A stretch of DNA of 64,000 nucleotides from assembly GCA_965248835.1 (NCBI GenBank), contig CBDFLJ010000002.1:2016001-2080000 (forward strand), read 5' to 3'. This document shows positions 31,482 through 41,366 of the stretch, piece by piece (the first letter of the stretch is position 1; every line of letters starts with the position of its first letter). Made by a program: the position numbers and the translations under genes. The stretch is from Alphaproteobacteria bacterium. Its GTDB lineage: Bacteria; Pseudomonadota; Alphaproteobacteria; MPNO01. The notes under the pieces were generated by a model, which saw nothing but the letters and a program-made list of their open reading frames with translations, had not been told where the DNA came from and made no database searches.

Positions 31482-32805
31482 GCGCCTGATCGAGGTCGCG
31501 GATCAGGTCGTCGACCGACTCGATCCCGATCGACAGGCGCACGACATCGGGACCGGCGCCGGCGCCGATCTGCTGTTCCTCGGTGAGCTGGCGATGGGTC
31601 GTCGAGGCGGGGTGGATGATCAGGCTGCGCGTATCGCCGATATTTGCCAGATGCGAGAACAGCTCGACCCGGTCGACGATCGCGGCACCGGCTTGGTAAC
31701 CGCCTTTGACGCCAAAGGTGAACACCGCGCCGGCGCCCCGCGGCAGGTACTTCCTGGCGAGCGCGTGATAGGGACTCGACGGGAGCCCGGAATAGGACAC
31801 CCAGGCGACCTTCGGGTGAGCCTCGAGCCATTCGGCGACCGCGAGCGCGTTGCTGCAATGCCGGTCCATGCGCAGCGGCAGCGTCTCCACGCCCTGGAGC
31901 AGGTTCCACGCGGCCTGCGGGGCCATGCACGGCCCGTAGTCGCGCAGCGCCACCGCGCGCAGCTTCATCGTGAAGCCGAAATCGCCGAACGTCTCGGCGA
32001 AGGTCAGCCCGTGATATGCCGGATCCGGCTCGGCCAGACCCGGGAACTTGTCGTTCTGCTGCCAGTCGAACCGGCCTGATTCGACGACCACGCCGCCCAT
32101 CGTATTGCCGTGACCGCCGATATATTTGGTTGCCGAATGGACGACCAGATCGGCCCCCCAATCGAACGGCCGGCAGAGATAGGGCGAGGCCAGCGTGTTG
32201 TCGACCACGACCGGGATGCCGAACTCCCGCCCGATGGCCGCGACCGCCTCGAGGTCGATGACCACCCCGCCCGGGTTGGCGAGGTTCTCGCAGAAGATGA
32301 ACTTGACCCGCTCGGTCATCGCCGCGCGCACGTTCTCGGGTTCGGTCATGTCGACGAAGCGGCAGGTCCAGCCGAGCTTCGGGAAGCTATGGGCGAACTG
32401 GGTGACCGATCCGCCGTAGAGGTTGCGCGATGCGACGAACTCGTCGCCGCTTTGCAGCAGCACGGCCGCGACCAGGAACTGGGCGGCGTGCCCGCTGGCG
32501 GCCGCAACCGCGCCGCGCCCGTTCTCGAGCGCCGCAATCCGTTCCTCGAAGACGGCGACCGTCGGGTTGGTGATGCGCGAATAGATGTAGCCGAAGGTCT
32601 GCAGATTGAAGAGTTCGGCGGCGTGATCGGCATCGTCGAAGACATAAGCAGTCGTCTGGTAGATCGGCGTCGTCCGCGCACCGGTGACCGGGTCGGGCCG
32701 CGCGCCGGCATGGACTGCGATCGTCTCGATGCCGTATTCGCGCGGTGCGTCCTCGTCGGCCGGAAGGTCGTCGAAGGACGGGATGTCTTCGGTCCTTGTG
32801 TTCAT
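31462..32805 (-). CDS. metY: O-acetylhomoserine aminocarboxypropyltransferase
   Basis: PIYQTT, YSRITNPT, DNTLA, HSATKYIGGHG (PLP Lys), HLANIGD, HPASTTH. Confidence 0.92.
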   Translation of the reverse strand: MNTRTEDIPSFDDLPADEDAPREYGIETIAVHAGARPDPVTGARTTPIYQTTAYVFDDADHAAELFNLQTFGYIYSRITNPTVAVFEERIAALENGRGAVAAASGHAAQFLVAAVLLQSGDEFVASRNLYGGSVTQFAHSFPKLGWTCRFVDMTEPENVRAAMTERVKFIFCENLANPGGVVIDLEAVAAIGREFGIPVVVDNTLASPYLCRPFDWGADLVVHSATKYIGGHGNTMGGVVVESGRFDWQQNDKFPGLAEPDPAYHGLTFAETFGDFGFTMKLRAVALRDYGPCMAPQAAWNLLQGVETLPLRMDRHCSNALAVAEWLEAHPKVAWVSYSGLPSSPYHALARKYLPRGAGAVFTFGVKGGYQAGAAIVDRVELFSHLANIGDTRSLIIHPASTTHRQLTEEQQIGAGAGPDVVRLSIGIESVDDLIRDLDQALSGPAS

Positions 32806-33338
32806 GCCTTGGGTGGCCTCAGGCGTTTAGCCGTGATGATTCCGGAGTTGATGCCGCCCCAGCCGAGCTCGCCGGACAACCGGGCGTACTCGATTTTGGG
32901 ACAGCGGTTCATGACGACAACCAGGCCTGCGTCCTCGGCAAGCCGGGCCGCCTCGTCGTTGCGGACCGAGAGTTGCATCCACAGCACCTTGATGCCTTTG
33001 TCTTCCTTGTTGGCGATCACCTCCTCGGTGATCGCCAACGCCTCTTCGGAGGTGCGAAAGATATCCACCATGTCGATCTGGACCGGGATGTCCCGGATAG
33101 CGCCGTAAACGGTCTCGCCCAGTATCTCCTGGCCCACACGGGCCGGGTTGACCGGGATGATGCGATAGCCACGCTTCTGGAGATATTTCATCGCGTAGAA
33201 GCTGGGCCGCCGCCACACCGTGCTGGCCCCGACCATCGCGAAGGTCCGCACGCGGCGGAGGATCGCCCGCAGCCGCCGATCGGCGTAGTGGTCGTGATGG
33301 GCGAGGTGGAATGGCGCGTCCGCTATTTGTCCCTGCAT
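32802..33338 (-). CDS. CoA-binding protein (YccU-like)
   Basis: AMVGAS, GYRIIPVNP, DMVDIFR, WMQL, MNRCPKIE. Confidence 0.9.
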   Translation of the reverse strand: MQGQIADAPFHLAHHDHYADRRLRAILRRVRTFAMVGASTVWRRPSFYAMKYLQKRGYRIIPVNPARVGQEILGETVYGAIRDIPVQIDMVDIFRTSEEALAITEEVIANKEDKGIKVLWMQLSVRNDEAARLAEDAGLVVVMNRCPKIEYARLSGELGWGGINSGIITAKRLRPPKA

Positions 33339-33451
33339 CCTCGCCTCGAACCTTCCGCTGTCATCGGCGTTCCGAGGCTACAGGTCGGGGAGGCGGCGGA
33401 CAACGACCGGATGCGGCGGGACCAGCGCGTCCAGAGCGTCCGGAGCGTGCT

Positions 33452-33766
33452 TCAGACCGTCTCGTTCTCGATCCAGTCGAGGAATTCCCGATTGCCGCTC
33501 TGCACCGCGATCTCCAGGACGCAGGGCGTGTCGGCATCATGCAGTTCCTTCACCCGCTTGATGACCGAATCGACCAGGGTCGTCCGCGTTTTGATGATCA
33601 GGATTGCTTCCCCGGCCTCCTCGATTTCGCCGTTCCACCAATATATCGACCTCATGCCGTCAAGGATGTTGACACAGGCCGCCATCCGAACTTCGATCAG
33701 CGCACGCCCGATCCGGCGGGCCTGCGCCACTCCCGCAGTCGTGACATAGACTAGGCTGATCGACAT
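33452..33766 (-). CDS. cutA: Divalent-cation tolerance protein CutA
   Basis: AACVNI, SIYWWNG.IE, KT, LH..DTP. Confidence 0.9.
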   Translation of the reverse strand: MSISLVYVTTAGVAQARRIGRALIEVRMAACVNILDGMRSIYWWNGEIEEAGEAILIIKTRTTLVDSVIKRVKELHDADTPCVLEIAVQSGNREFLDWIENETV

Positions 33767-33924
33767 CTTGCAGTCCCGACGAATTGCCATAAAGTGTTCG
33801 GAGTCGGTGGGACATCGCAAAATATCCGGGAATCGTCAATCCGAGCCGCGGTCGGGATCGGTGAAATGAAATCCGGGCGATGGCCGTATTCGGGGGTTTG
33901 CTTGGGACAGGATGAGGAGCCGTC

Positions 33925-34737
33925 ATGGCGCTTAGTGACAACCTGAAGAAATTGATCACCGTTTCCGCCCCGCTGTGGGCCGGCGAGGCCGAGGTCGTGC
34001 GATCCTACTGGGACTCGCCGATCCGCTCGCACGACACCGAGCTGCTGTGGCTGGGGCGTCAATGCTCCAAGGAGTTCAACGGCACCGGGATCGGCGAGTT
34101 CAAGAATCTCGGCGTCTTCCTGGGGCCGGTCACCGAGCTCGGCGAGATCTTTCGCCGCATCGATACCGGTGCACCCGACAGCGTCGACCGCCGCTACGCG
34201 CTCGAGCTGATCGAGATCCTGCACGACGAGTTCGACCATTACATCCGCTTCGCCAATGTCTACGATGCGATCCGCGGGCCGGACGCACCACCGATGAACC
34301 CGCACGCGCTGCAGACCTGGGACGAGGACGCCGAGCTCACGCGGGTGCGGCACGCACACAACGAAAAGCACGGCGCGCTCGGCATCCGGGCCAGCCGGTT
34401 CACCGAAGGCGGCTATTGCGCGCTGTTCCGCGAGGGCACGCGGCTGAAGGGCCGCGGCGGCGTCGACGACATGATCGCCGATGCCTGCACGAAGGTCTAC
34501 GAGGACGAGTTCGGCCACATGCTCGAGGGCATCGTCGGCCTGGACGACGAGGGCTGGTCCGACGAGCAGTTTGCGCTGATGGGCGAACTGGTGGTCGAGC
34601 AGCTCCGGCTGCGCATCCGCATGCGCAACGCCGAATTCAGCTTCCCGCTGAGCGAGGAGCGCGTCCAGGCGATCTATGCCGGTGATATCGAGCCCGAGCC
34701 CTTCGACTACGAGCGTGCCACCGCGGCGATGCACTGA
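33925..34737 (+). CDS. Ferritin-like diiron-carboxylate protein of unknown function
   Basis: E (SKEF), DEFDH, E (FTEGG), DEFGH ligand pattern; GAGGAG RBS. Confidence 0.7.
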   Translation: MALSDNLKKLITVSAPLWAGEAEVVRSYWDSPIRSHDTELLWLGRQCSKEFNGTGIGEFKNLGVFLGPVTELGEIFRRIDTGAPDSVDRRYALELIEILHDEFDHYIRFANVYDAIRGPDAPPMNPHALQTWDEDAELTRVRHAHNEKHGALGIRASRFTEGGYCALFREGTRLKGRGGVDDMIADACTKVYEDEFGHMLEGIVGLDDEGWSDEQFALMGELVVEQLRLRIRMRNAEFSFPLSEERVQAIYAGDIEPEPFDYERATAAMH

Positions 34738-34771
34738 GCAGCACCGCCCGCTCGCTGTCCGGGTCTTGTTT

Positions 34772-35272
34772 TCACAGGATGAAGCTCACCGAGCCAAGCG
34801 CGCCGAGCTCCTGGCAATCGAGGATCGCGCGGCGTTCGACGATCCTGAGCCCGTCCTCGCCCGGCCGCAGCCGGAAGACGTAGCGGCCGACATATTCGCC
34901 GACGCGCTCGTTGCGTCGGAAGCGGTAGACGACGAAGTTCGCCTCGGCCTCGATCTCGACCGCGGTTCGTTCGGTGATGCGGACGTTCGAGATCATCCGC
35001 CGGGTCCGCGACCGGGGCGCCTCGGCATGGGCCTGGCCGCTTTTCAGCCGCTTGACGCGGCCGCGAATCCGATCGATGTCGTCGGCTATGGTGAACAGGG
35101 TCGAACGGTGGTCCCCGTCGGGGACGTCATTCGGCGGGACCAGGTAACGCGCGTCCTCGGTCAGGAGCGCCAGCCAGTCATCGAGCCGCCAGGCGTCGAG
35201 CAGCGCGGCTTCTTCGAACAGGAACGCCTCGACATCGGCGCGGGTGATCTCGGCCGGGGTGCCCGCGCTCAT
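34772..35272 (-). CDS. Aromatic ring-hydroxylating dioxygenase beta subunit
   Basis: FLFEEAALLD.W..D.WL, P.SRTRR.ISNV, RR..LD. Confidence 0.9.
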   Translation of the reverse strand: MSAGTPAEITRADVEAFLFEEAALLDAWRLDDWLALLTEDARYLVPPNDVPDGDHRSTLFTIADDIDRIRGRVKRLKSGQAHAEAPRSRTRRMISNVRITERTAVEIEAEANFVVYRFRRNERVGEYVGRYVFRLRPGEDGLRIVERRAILDCQELGALGSVSFIL

Positions 35273-36534
35273 GACAGCATCAGCGCGTTCCACTGGCGCC
35301 AGAACGCCCGCAGGTGCAGCTCGTCGGTATTCAACTGCTCGCCGTCCTTGTTCATGCCTCGCGAGATCTCCGACCAGCTGATCTCCCGCCAGGTCGCGAG
35401 CCCGTCCTGGACCGACTCCAGCGCTTCCACGTCGTCGGGCGTCGCCAGCCCGCCGGGGCCGTAGAACGTCAAGAAGCTGTCCAGGCGGCGGGCCCGCGAG
35501 GTCTCGGATTCCTCGACCGGGCCGCCGGCCCAGGCGGTCACCCGCATGCGATCGACCGCGGTCGGCCAGAAGGTGCGCACCGTCACCGCCGAGCCGTCGT
35601 TGATCACGAGGTTGGGGAAGACCACCAGGTTGCGGTTGGTATCGGCGATGCGCCGGGCCCGCTCTTCGCCCAGGCGCGCGACCAGCCCGGCACGGACCGC
35701 CTCGATCTCGGGTTTCGCGTCCGCGCCGTAGAGCGGGATCCAGGCGGCGATCGGCCGGCCGCGGAAATTGACGTTGTCGACCACCGCATGGCCGTTGCCC
35801 AGCGCCTTGCCGATGCCGCGGGTGGGCATCATCAGCCCCTTGCCCATGGCGACCGAGACGCCGGAGTCCTTCATGTAATCGAGATAGGTCGAATGGGTCG
35901 AATGCAGGTGATAGTCATCGAAGCTGTTCTCGACCAGAAGCTTCCAGTTTGCGCGGATGTCATATTCCTGGGTGCCTGAGACGATCTCCAGCCGCCCCGA
36001 CGGCGACTGATCGACGACCAGATCGATGTACTCGCGCGCGCCGGCCAGATAGTCCGCCAGCGCCTCGGCCCGCGCGCCGAAATGGGCGAACCAGAACCCG
36101 CGGTAGCTCTCCAGCCGCGGCACCTCGGCCAGCGCGAAATCGGCCTGGTCGAAGGCCTCGCCATAGGCGTCCTTGCCGGGAACGTTCCTGAGCGCGCCGT
36201 CGATGTCATAGGTCCAGCCGTGATAGAGGCAGGTGAAGCGCTGGCGGTTGCCTTCCCGTTCGCGGCAGACCACGGTGCCGCGGTGACGGCAGGAATTGAG
36301 GAACGCGCGGACGGTGCCGGCGTTGTCGCGCGCCAAGATGACCGGCCGGCCGGCCACGGTTCGGGTCCGGAAATCTCCCGGACTGCCGACCTCGGACTCG
36401 TGGCCGACATAGATCCAGCAGCGATCGAAGATCCGCGCGTGCTCGGCTTTCAGGATTTCCGGGTCGACCAGCACCGAACGGCTCAGCCGGAAACGTTCCC
36501 TCTCCGGCTCGTCGATGATAAAGGGACCGTCCAT
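35269..36534 (-). CDS. Rieske aromatic ring-hydroxylating dioxygenase alpha subunit (p-cumate/benzoate-like clade)
   Basis: C-R-H...C-L-Y-H Rieske motif, NWKL..ENSFDDYH...H, ATPDD. Confidence 0.92.
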   Translation of the reverse strand: MDGPFIIDEPERERFRLSRSVLVDPEILKAEHARIFDRCWIYVGHESEVGSPGDFRTRTVAGRPVILARDNAGTVRAFLNSCRHRGTVVCREREGNRQRFTCLYHGWTYDIDGALRNVPGKDAYGEAFDQADFALAEVPRLESYRGFWFAHFGARAEALADYLAGAREYIDLVVDQSPSGRLEIVSGTQEYDIRANWKLLVENSFDDYHLHSTHSTYLDYMKDSGVSVAMGKGLMMPTRGIGKALGNGHAVVDNVNFRGRPIAAWIPLYGADAKPEIEAVRAGLVARLGEERARRIADTNRNLVVFPNLVINDGSAVTVRTFWPTAVDRMRVTAWAGGPVEESETSRARRLDSFLTFYGPGGLATPDDVEALESVQDGLATWREISWSEISRGMNKDGEQLNTDELHLRAFWRQWNALMLS

Positions 36535-36548
36535 CCTCAGCGGTGGGT

Positions 36549-37454
36549 TCAGGCGCCGCCGCCCGGCAGCGTGCCCGCGGGCAAGGATTCGATGTGATCG
36601 ACGACATCGCGCGGCCGGGTGAACCAGATCCGGTCGGCCCACTCGTGATTGAGGATGTATTTGAGAATCTTGCGGAGTTGCACCATGCGGGACGGCTGGC
36701 CGACGATGAAGGTGTGCAGCGACAGAGCGTAGCACAACGGCTGGTGCACGCACTGCTCCAGCATCTCGTCGACTTGGTCGATCACCATATCGGTGAACGC
36801 GCGCGCGGTGTGATGGCGGTTGAGCATCGCCGGCGAATCGTTGAGCTCCACCGGATAAGGCACCGACAGGATCCGTCCGTTGCGCGTCTTCATCCACACC
36901 GGCTGGTCGTCGATCGGCCAGTCGAGCACGTAGCGGTAGCCGTTCTCCTGCAGCACATCGAGCGTGGTCGCGGTCTCGGAGATCCACGGCCCGAGCCAGC
37001 CGCTGGGTTGGACACCTTCCTGCTGGCGCAGGATTTCGGTCGCCTCCTTGATCAGGACCGCCTCGTCTTCGGACGACAGATCTCCCTGGCGTTCGCTGTT
37101 GGTCCGGCCGTGGCCGACCACCTCGTCGCCGCGCGCGCGGATGCGGTCGATGATCTGCGGCGCGTAGTCGTAGATCGTCGTGTTCACCAGGTGGCAGGCC
37201 GGCAATTCCAGCTCGTCGAACAGATCGAGGATCCGCCAGACACCGACGCGCAACCCGTAGTCCCGCCAGGCGTAGTTGCGGATATCGGGCTGCGGCCCGG
37301 GCGCGGTGGGAGTGTGGCCCATCCCCTCGCCGAAATGGAAGTGCTCGACGTTCAGCCCGATATAGAACGCCAGCCGCTTGCCGCCCGGCCAGTCGTATTG
37401 CGGGCGCTCGACGATCGGCGAGTACTCGTAGCGGCCGTGCTTCTTCAGTTCCAT
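36549..37454 (-). CDS. Polysaccharide deacetylase family (PuuE/allantoinase-like) hydrolase
   Basis: WPGGKRLA, NVEHF, DYGLRVG, HG, GWLGP, DDQP, ELND, LH.FIVGQP. Confidence 0.88.
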   Translation of the reverse strand: MELKKHGRYEYSPIVERPQYDWPGGKRLAFYIGLNVEHFHFGEGMGHTPTAPGPQPDIRNYAWRDYGLRVGVWRILDLFDELELPACHLVNTTIYDYAPQIIDRIRARGDEVVGHGRTNSERQGDLSSEDEAVLIKEATEILRQQEGVQPSGWLGPWISETATTLDVLQENGYRYVLDWPIDDQPVWMKTRNGRILSVPYPVELNDSPAMLNRHHTARAFTDMVIDQVDEMLEQCVHQPLCYALSLHTFIVGQPSRMVQLRKILKYILNHEWADRIWFTRPRDVVDHIESLPAGTLPGGGA

Positions 37455-37500
37455 CGCGTGCCCCCTGGATCCATTCCTTGGCCGAACGGTACACAAACGA

Positions 37501-37896
37501 TCAGGGTTCGGGAACCACGGCGGTCGCTTCGATCTCGACCTTGGCGCGGTCCTCCATCAGGGCCGAGACCTCCACGGCAGCCATGACGGGATAGTTGCGC
37601 CCCATCACTTCGCGGTAGGCCGCGCCGACATCGGCGATGCTGTCCAGATATTCCCGCTTGGAGGTGAAATACATCGTCATCCGGACCACATGCTGGGGCC
37701 CTGCCCCGCCCTCGGCGAGGACGGCGCGGATGTTGAGCAGCGCCTGCCGGAACTGATCGGCGAAGTCGTCGCTTTCGAACGTTTCCTCGGGGGTCCAGCC
37801 GATCTGGCCGGCGACGAACACCAGCCTGCCGCTGGCCGATACGCCGTTGGAATAACCCTTGGGCCGCGGCCAGCCGGGCGGTTGCAGGATCTCCAT
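37501..37896 (-). CDS. RidA family protein (abm-cluster type)
   Basis: LQPPGW.RPKGYSNG, FVAGQIGW, KVEIEATA. Confidence 0.92.
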   Translation of the reverse strand: MEILQPPGWPRPKGYSNGVSASGRLVFVAGQIGWTPEETFESDDFADQFRQALLNIRAVLAEGGAGPQHVVRMTMYFTSKREYLDSIADVGAAYREVMGRNYPVMAAVEVSALMEDRAKVEIEATAVVPEP

Positions 37897-37934
37897 CGCG
37901 ACGATCTCCGAGTCTTGTCAGGAACAGGCGGTTG

Positions 37935-37948
37935 TTTTAAGTTTAAAA
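37935..37948. promoter_or_regulatory. Candidate MarR operator TTTTAA-GT-TTAAAA
   Basis: AT-rich palindrome in a divergent promoter; related copies upstream of the abmA-like gene. Confidence 0.6.
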
Positions 37949-37996
37949 TAACTAGCCGACAGCCGTCCAGCCTGCCGCGGAGCAAAGACATCGCCT

Positions 37997-38824
37997 ATGA
38001 ACAGCGCCCTACCGAACCCATCCGGCGCGGGCCCCGCCGACGAAGCCGCGCCGCTCGCCGGTCGCCATGCGGTGGTCACCGGCGCCGGGCGCGGGATCGG
38101 CCGGACGATCTCAGAGACCCTGGCACGGCTGGGCGCGGATCTTACCCTGCTCGGCCGGAATCTCGAACGGCTGGCGGGCGCGGCCGCAAGCATCGGTGCG
38201 GCGTCGGGGGCGACGCCGCGGACCTTCGCGGGCGACGTTGCCGATGCCGATGCGATCGCGGCCGCGTTTGCGCGCGCGCGCGAGACCGCGGGCCCGGTTG
38301 CGATCCTGATCAACAACGCCGGTATCTCCGGCAGCGCGCCGTTCACCCGGACCGGCGCGGCACTCTGGCAGTCGATGCTGGAGACCAACCTGACCGGGAC
38401 CTTCCGCTGTACGCAGCTCGTCTATCCAGCAATGGTTGAGGCGGGCTGGGGCCGGATCGTCAACATCGCCTCGACCTCGGGGCTGAAGGGCTATGCCTAC
38501 ACCGCGGCCTATTGCGCCTCCAAGCACGGCGTGGTCGGCCTGACCCGAGCGCTCGCGCTGGAAGCCGCCAGGACGGGGGTCACCGTCAACGCCGTCTGCC
38601 CGGGCTTTACCGAGACCGGGATGGTCGCGGATACGCTGGCAAATATCGTCGAGAAGACCGGCCGGACCGAGGAGCAGGCCCGCGCCGAGCTTACGGCTCT
38701 GAACCCGCAGGGCCGCCTGGTCGACCCACAGGAGGTCGCCGATGCGGTTGCCTGGCTGTGCCTGCCGTCGTCGGGGGCAATCACCGGCCAGGCGATCGCG
38801 GTCGCCGGCGGCGAGGTGATGTGA
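37997..38824 (+). CDS. SDR family oxidoreductase (3-hydroxyacyl-CoA dehydrogenase of abm-type cluster)
   Basis: TGAGRGIG, NNAG, YCASK, NAVCPG. Confidence 0.92.
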   Translation: MNSALPNPSGAGPADEAAPLAGRHAVVTGAGRGIGRTISETLARLGADLTLLGRNLERLAGAAASIGAASGATPRTFAGDVADADAIAAAFARARETAGPVAILINNAGISGSAPFTRTGAALWQSMLETNLTGTFRCTQLVYPAMVEAGWGRIVNIASTSGLKGYAYTAAYCASKHGVVGLTRALALEAARTGVTVNAVCPGFTETGMVADTLANIVEKTGRTEEQARAELTALNPQGRLVDPQEVADAVAWLCLPSSGAITGQAIAVAGGEVM

Positions 38825-39348
38825 TGACCGATGCGATTCCGGTTTCCGGCGGTGCTGCGCGCGGCGATTACGAGAGCGATGTCGGTGCCGGCGACGGGCT
38901 CGAGCTCCGGGTCTGGCTGCGGCTGTTGACCTGCTCCAACCTCATCGGACAGGGCGTCCGCCAAGGGCTGCATCAGGGCTTCGAGACGACTCTGCCGCGC
39001 TTCGACATCCTGGCCCAGCTCCACCGCGCCGAGAAGCCGTTGTCGATGGGCGCGCTGTCTGAGCGGCTGATGGTCACCAACGGCAACATCACCGGGCTGG
39101 TCGACCGGCTGGCGCGCGAGGGCAAGGTTGCGCGCAGCCCTTCAGCGGCCGACCGGCGGGTCCAGATGGTCTCTCTGACCGAGGCCGGCAGGGCGCAGTT
39201 CGCCGACATGGCCCGCGACAACCGGCGCTGGGTCAGCGCTATGATGGCCGGACTGAGCCGCGAGGAGATGCAGGCCCTGTTCGACCTGCTCGGCCGGCTC
39301 AAGCAGTCCATCCACCAGCCCACGCGCAACACGGAGAGCATGGTATGA
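38824..39348 (+). CDS. MarR family transcriptional regulator
   Basis: [36 protein letters not shown]...LT.AG. Confidence 0.92.
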   Translation: MTDAIPVSGGAARGDYESDVGAGDGLELRVWLRLLTCSNLIGQGVRQGLHQGFETTLPRFDILAQLHRAEKPLSMGALSERLMVTNGNITGLVDRLAREGKVARSPSAADRRVQMVSLTEAGRAQFADMARDNRRWVSAMMAGLSREEMQALFDLLGRLKQSIHQPTRNTESMV

Positions 39349-40163
39349 AAGAGACCAGGGGCGCGGACCTGAAGCCCGAGCATTTCGCCTGGTCGGTCGA
39401 GGGCAAGGTCGGCACGCTGACCATCGACCGCCCGGAAAAGAAGAACGCCCTGACGTTCCACTCCTATGGCGAAATCCGCGATACCTTCCGCGCTCTGAGA
39501 TACGCAAGCGACGTCAAGGCGGTGGTGGTCACCGGCGCCGGCGGGGACTTCTGCTCCGGCGGCGACATCCGTGACATCATCGGCCCGCTGCTCGAGATGG
39601 ACATGCCGGAGCTGGTGGAATTCACCCGCATGACCGGCGACCTGGTCAAGGCGATGCGCGCCTGCCCACAGCCGATCATTGCCGCTGTCGAGGGGATCTG
39701 CGCCGGCGCAGGTGCCGCGATCGCGATGCACGCGGATATGCGTTTTGGGACCGCCGACAGCAAAATCGCCTTCCTGTTCACCCGGGTCGGGCTCGCCGGA
39801 TGCGACATGGGCGCATGCAGCGTGCTGCCGCGGATCATCGGCCAGGGCCGCGCGGCGGAACTCCTCTATTCCGGGCGCAGCATGGACGGCGAGGAAGCCT
39901 TGGCGTGGGGCTTCTACAACCGGTTGTGCCCGGCGGGCGAGGTGCTGGCCGCCGCACAGGAAGAGGCCCGGCGCCTTGCGGACGGCCCGACCTTCGCGCA
40001 CGCGATGACCAAGCACATGCTGCATGCCGAATGGCCGATGGCGCTCGACGATGCGATCGATGCCGAGGCCGACGCTCAGGCGATCTGCATGCAGACCCGC
40101 GATTTCCGCCGCGCCTATGACGCTTTCACCAACAAGCGGCGGCCGGTCTTCGAAGGCGACTGA
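39345..40163 (+). CDS. Enoyl-CoA hydratase family protein (abm-cluster type)
   Basis: [35 protein letters not shown]. Confidence 0.92.
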   Translation: MKETRGADLKPEHFAWSVEGKVGTLTIDRPEKKNALTFHSYGEIRDTFRALRYASDVKAVVVTGAGGDFCSGGDIRDIIGPLLEMDMPELVEFTRMTGDLVKAMRACPQPIIAAVEGICAGAGAAIAMHADMRFGTADSKIAFLFTRVGLAGCDMGACSVLPRIIGQGRAAELLYSGRSMDGEEALAWGFYNRLCPAGEVLAAAQEEARRLADGPTFAHAMTKHMLHAEWPMALDDAIDAEADAQAICMQTRDFRRAYDAFTNKRRPVFEGD

Positions 40164-41341
40164 TGCCCGATCGTACTTTCCTCGACTGGCCTTTCTTCGA
40201 AGACGAGCACCGCGCGCTCGCCGCTTCGCTGGAAGACTGGGCCGATGTCGAGATCGCGCCGCTGGAGCATGTCGAGCCCGAGGGCGACGCCGCGCTCGAT
40301 ACCCATTGCCGGCAGCTCGTGTCGATCCTTGCCGACGGCGGCTGGTTGCGCCACTGCGTGCCGCTGGGCTATGGCGGGCTGAAGCCTGTGCTCGACGTCA
40401 GAAGCCTGTGCCTGATCCGCGAGATCCTTGCCCGCCATTCGGGACTGGCCGATTTCTGCTTCGTCATGCAGGGGCTCGGGACCGGCGCGATCACGCTGTT
40501 CGGCACCGAGGAGCAGAAATCACGTTACCTGCCGGGCGCGGCCTCCGGCGAGCGGATCGCTGCGTTCGCGCTCAGCGAGCCGGCGAGCGGTTCCGATGTC
40601 GCGGCGATGACGACGACCGCGCGGCCGGAGGGCAACGGCTATGTGCTGGACGGCGAAAAGACGCTGATCTCCAATGCCGGCATCGCCGCCCAATACGTCG
40701 TCTTCGCACGCACCGGCGAAGACGACGGCGCCAGGGGGATCTCCGCTTTCATCGTCGACGCCGATGCGCCGGGGCTCAGCGTGCCGGAACGCTTCCCGGT
40801 CATCGCGCCCCATCCGCTGGGGACCGTCCGGTTCGAGAACTGCCGCATCGACGGCGCGCAGCTCCTGGCCACGCCGGGCGAGGGTTTCAAGATCGCGATG
40901 TCCTCGCTTGACGTCTTTCGCTCAACGGTCGGGGCGGCTGCGCTCGGGTTCGCGCGCCGCGCACTGGATGAGGCGCTCGCCCGCAGCCGGGAGCGCATCG
41001 CCTTCGGCCGGCCGATCGCGGACACACAGCTCATCCAGCAGAAGATCGCCGACATGGTCGTCCATATCGACGCCGCGGCCCTGCTGGTGTACCGGTCGGC
41101 CTGGACCAAGGATGTCTCCCAGGGCCGGGTGACGCGCGAGGCCGCGATTGCCAAGCTCTATGCCACCGAGGCCGCCCAGGAGGTGGTCGACCAGGCGGTC
41201 CAGATCTTCGGCGGCCAGGGCGTGATCGTCGGCAACATCGTCGAGCGGCTCTACCGCGACGTCCGCGCCCTTCGGATCTACGAGGGGACCAGCGAGATCC
41301 AGAAACTGATCATCGCCGGCCAGACGCTGGCGAGCCTTTGA
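40163..41341 (+). CDS. Acyl-CoA dehydrogenase
   Basis: [36 protein letters not shown]. Confidence 0.93.
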   Translation: MPDRTFLDWPFFEDEHRALAASLEDWADVEIAPLEHVEPEGDAALDTHCRQLVSILADGGWLRHCVPLGYGGLKPVLDVRSLCLIREILARHSGLADFCFVMQGLGTGAITLFGTEEQKSRYLPGAASGERIAAFALSEPASGSDVAAMTTTARPEGNGYVLDGEKTLISNAGIAAQYVVFARTGEDDGARGISAFIVDADAPGLSVPERFPVIAPHPLGTVRFENCRIDGAQLLATPGEGFKIAMSSLDVFRSTVGAAALGFARRALDEALARSRERIAFGRPIADTQLIQQKIADMVVHIDAAALLVYRSAWTKDVSQGRVTREAAIAKLYATEAAQEVVDQAVQIFGGQGVIVGNIVERLYRDVRALRIYEGTSEIQKLIIAGQTLASL

Positions 41342-41366
41342 GGAACGACGCCCGAGATCGGAGTGT

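Noticed and set aside
35269-37494. 741-aa fused dioxygenase
   Set aside because: The N-terminal part is an alternate frame of the deacetylase gene. The real alpha subunit starts at 36534.
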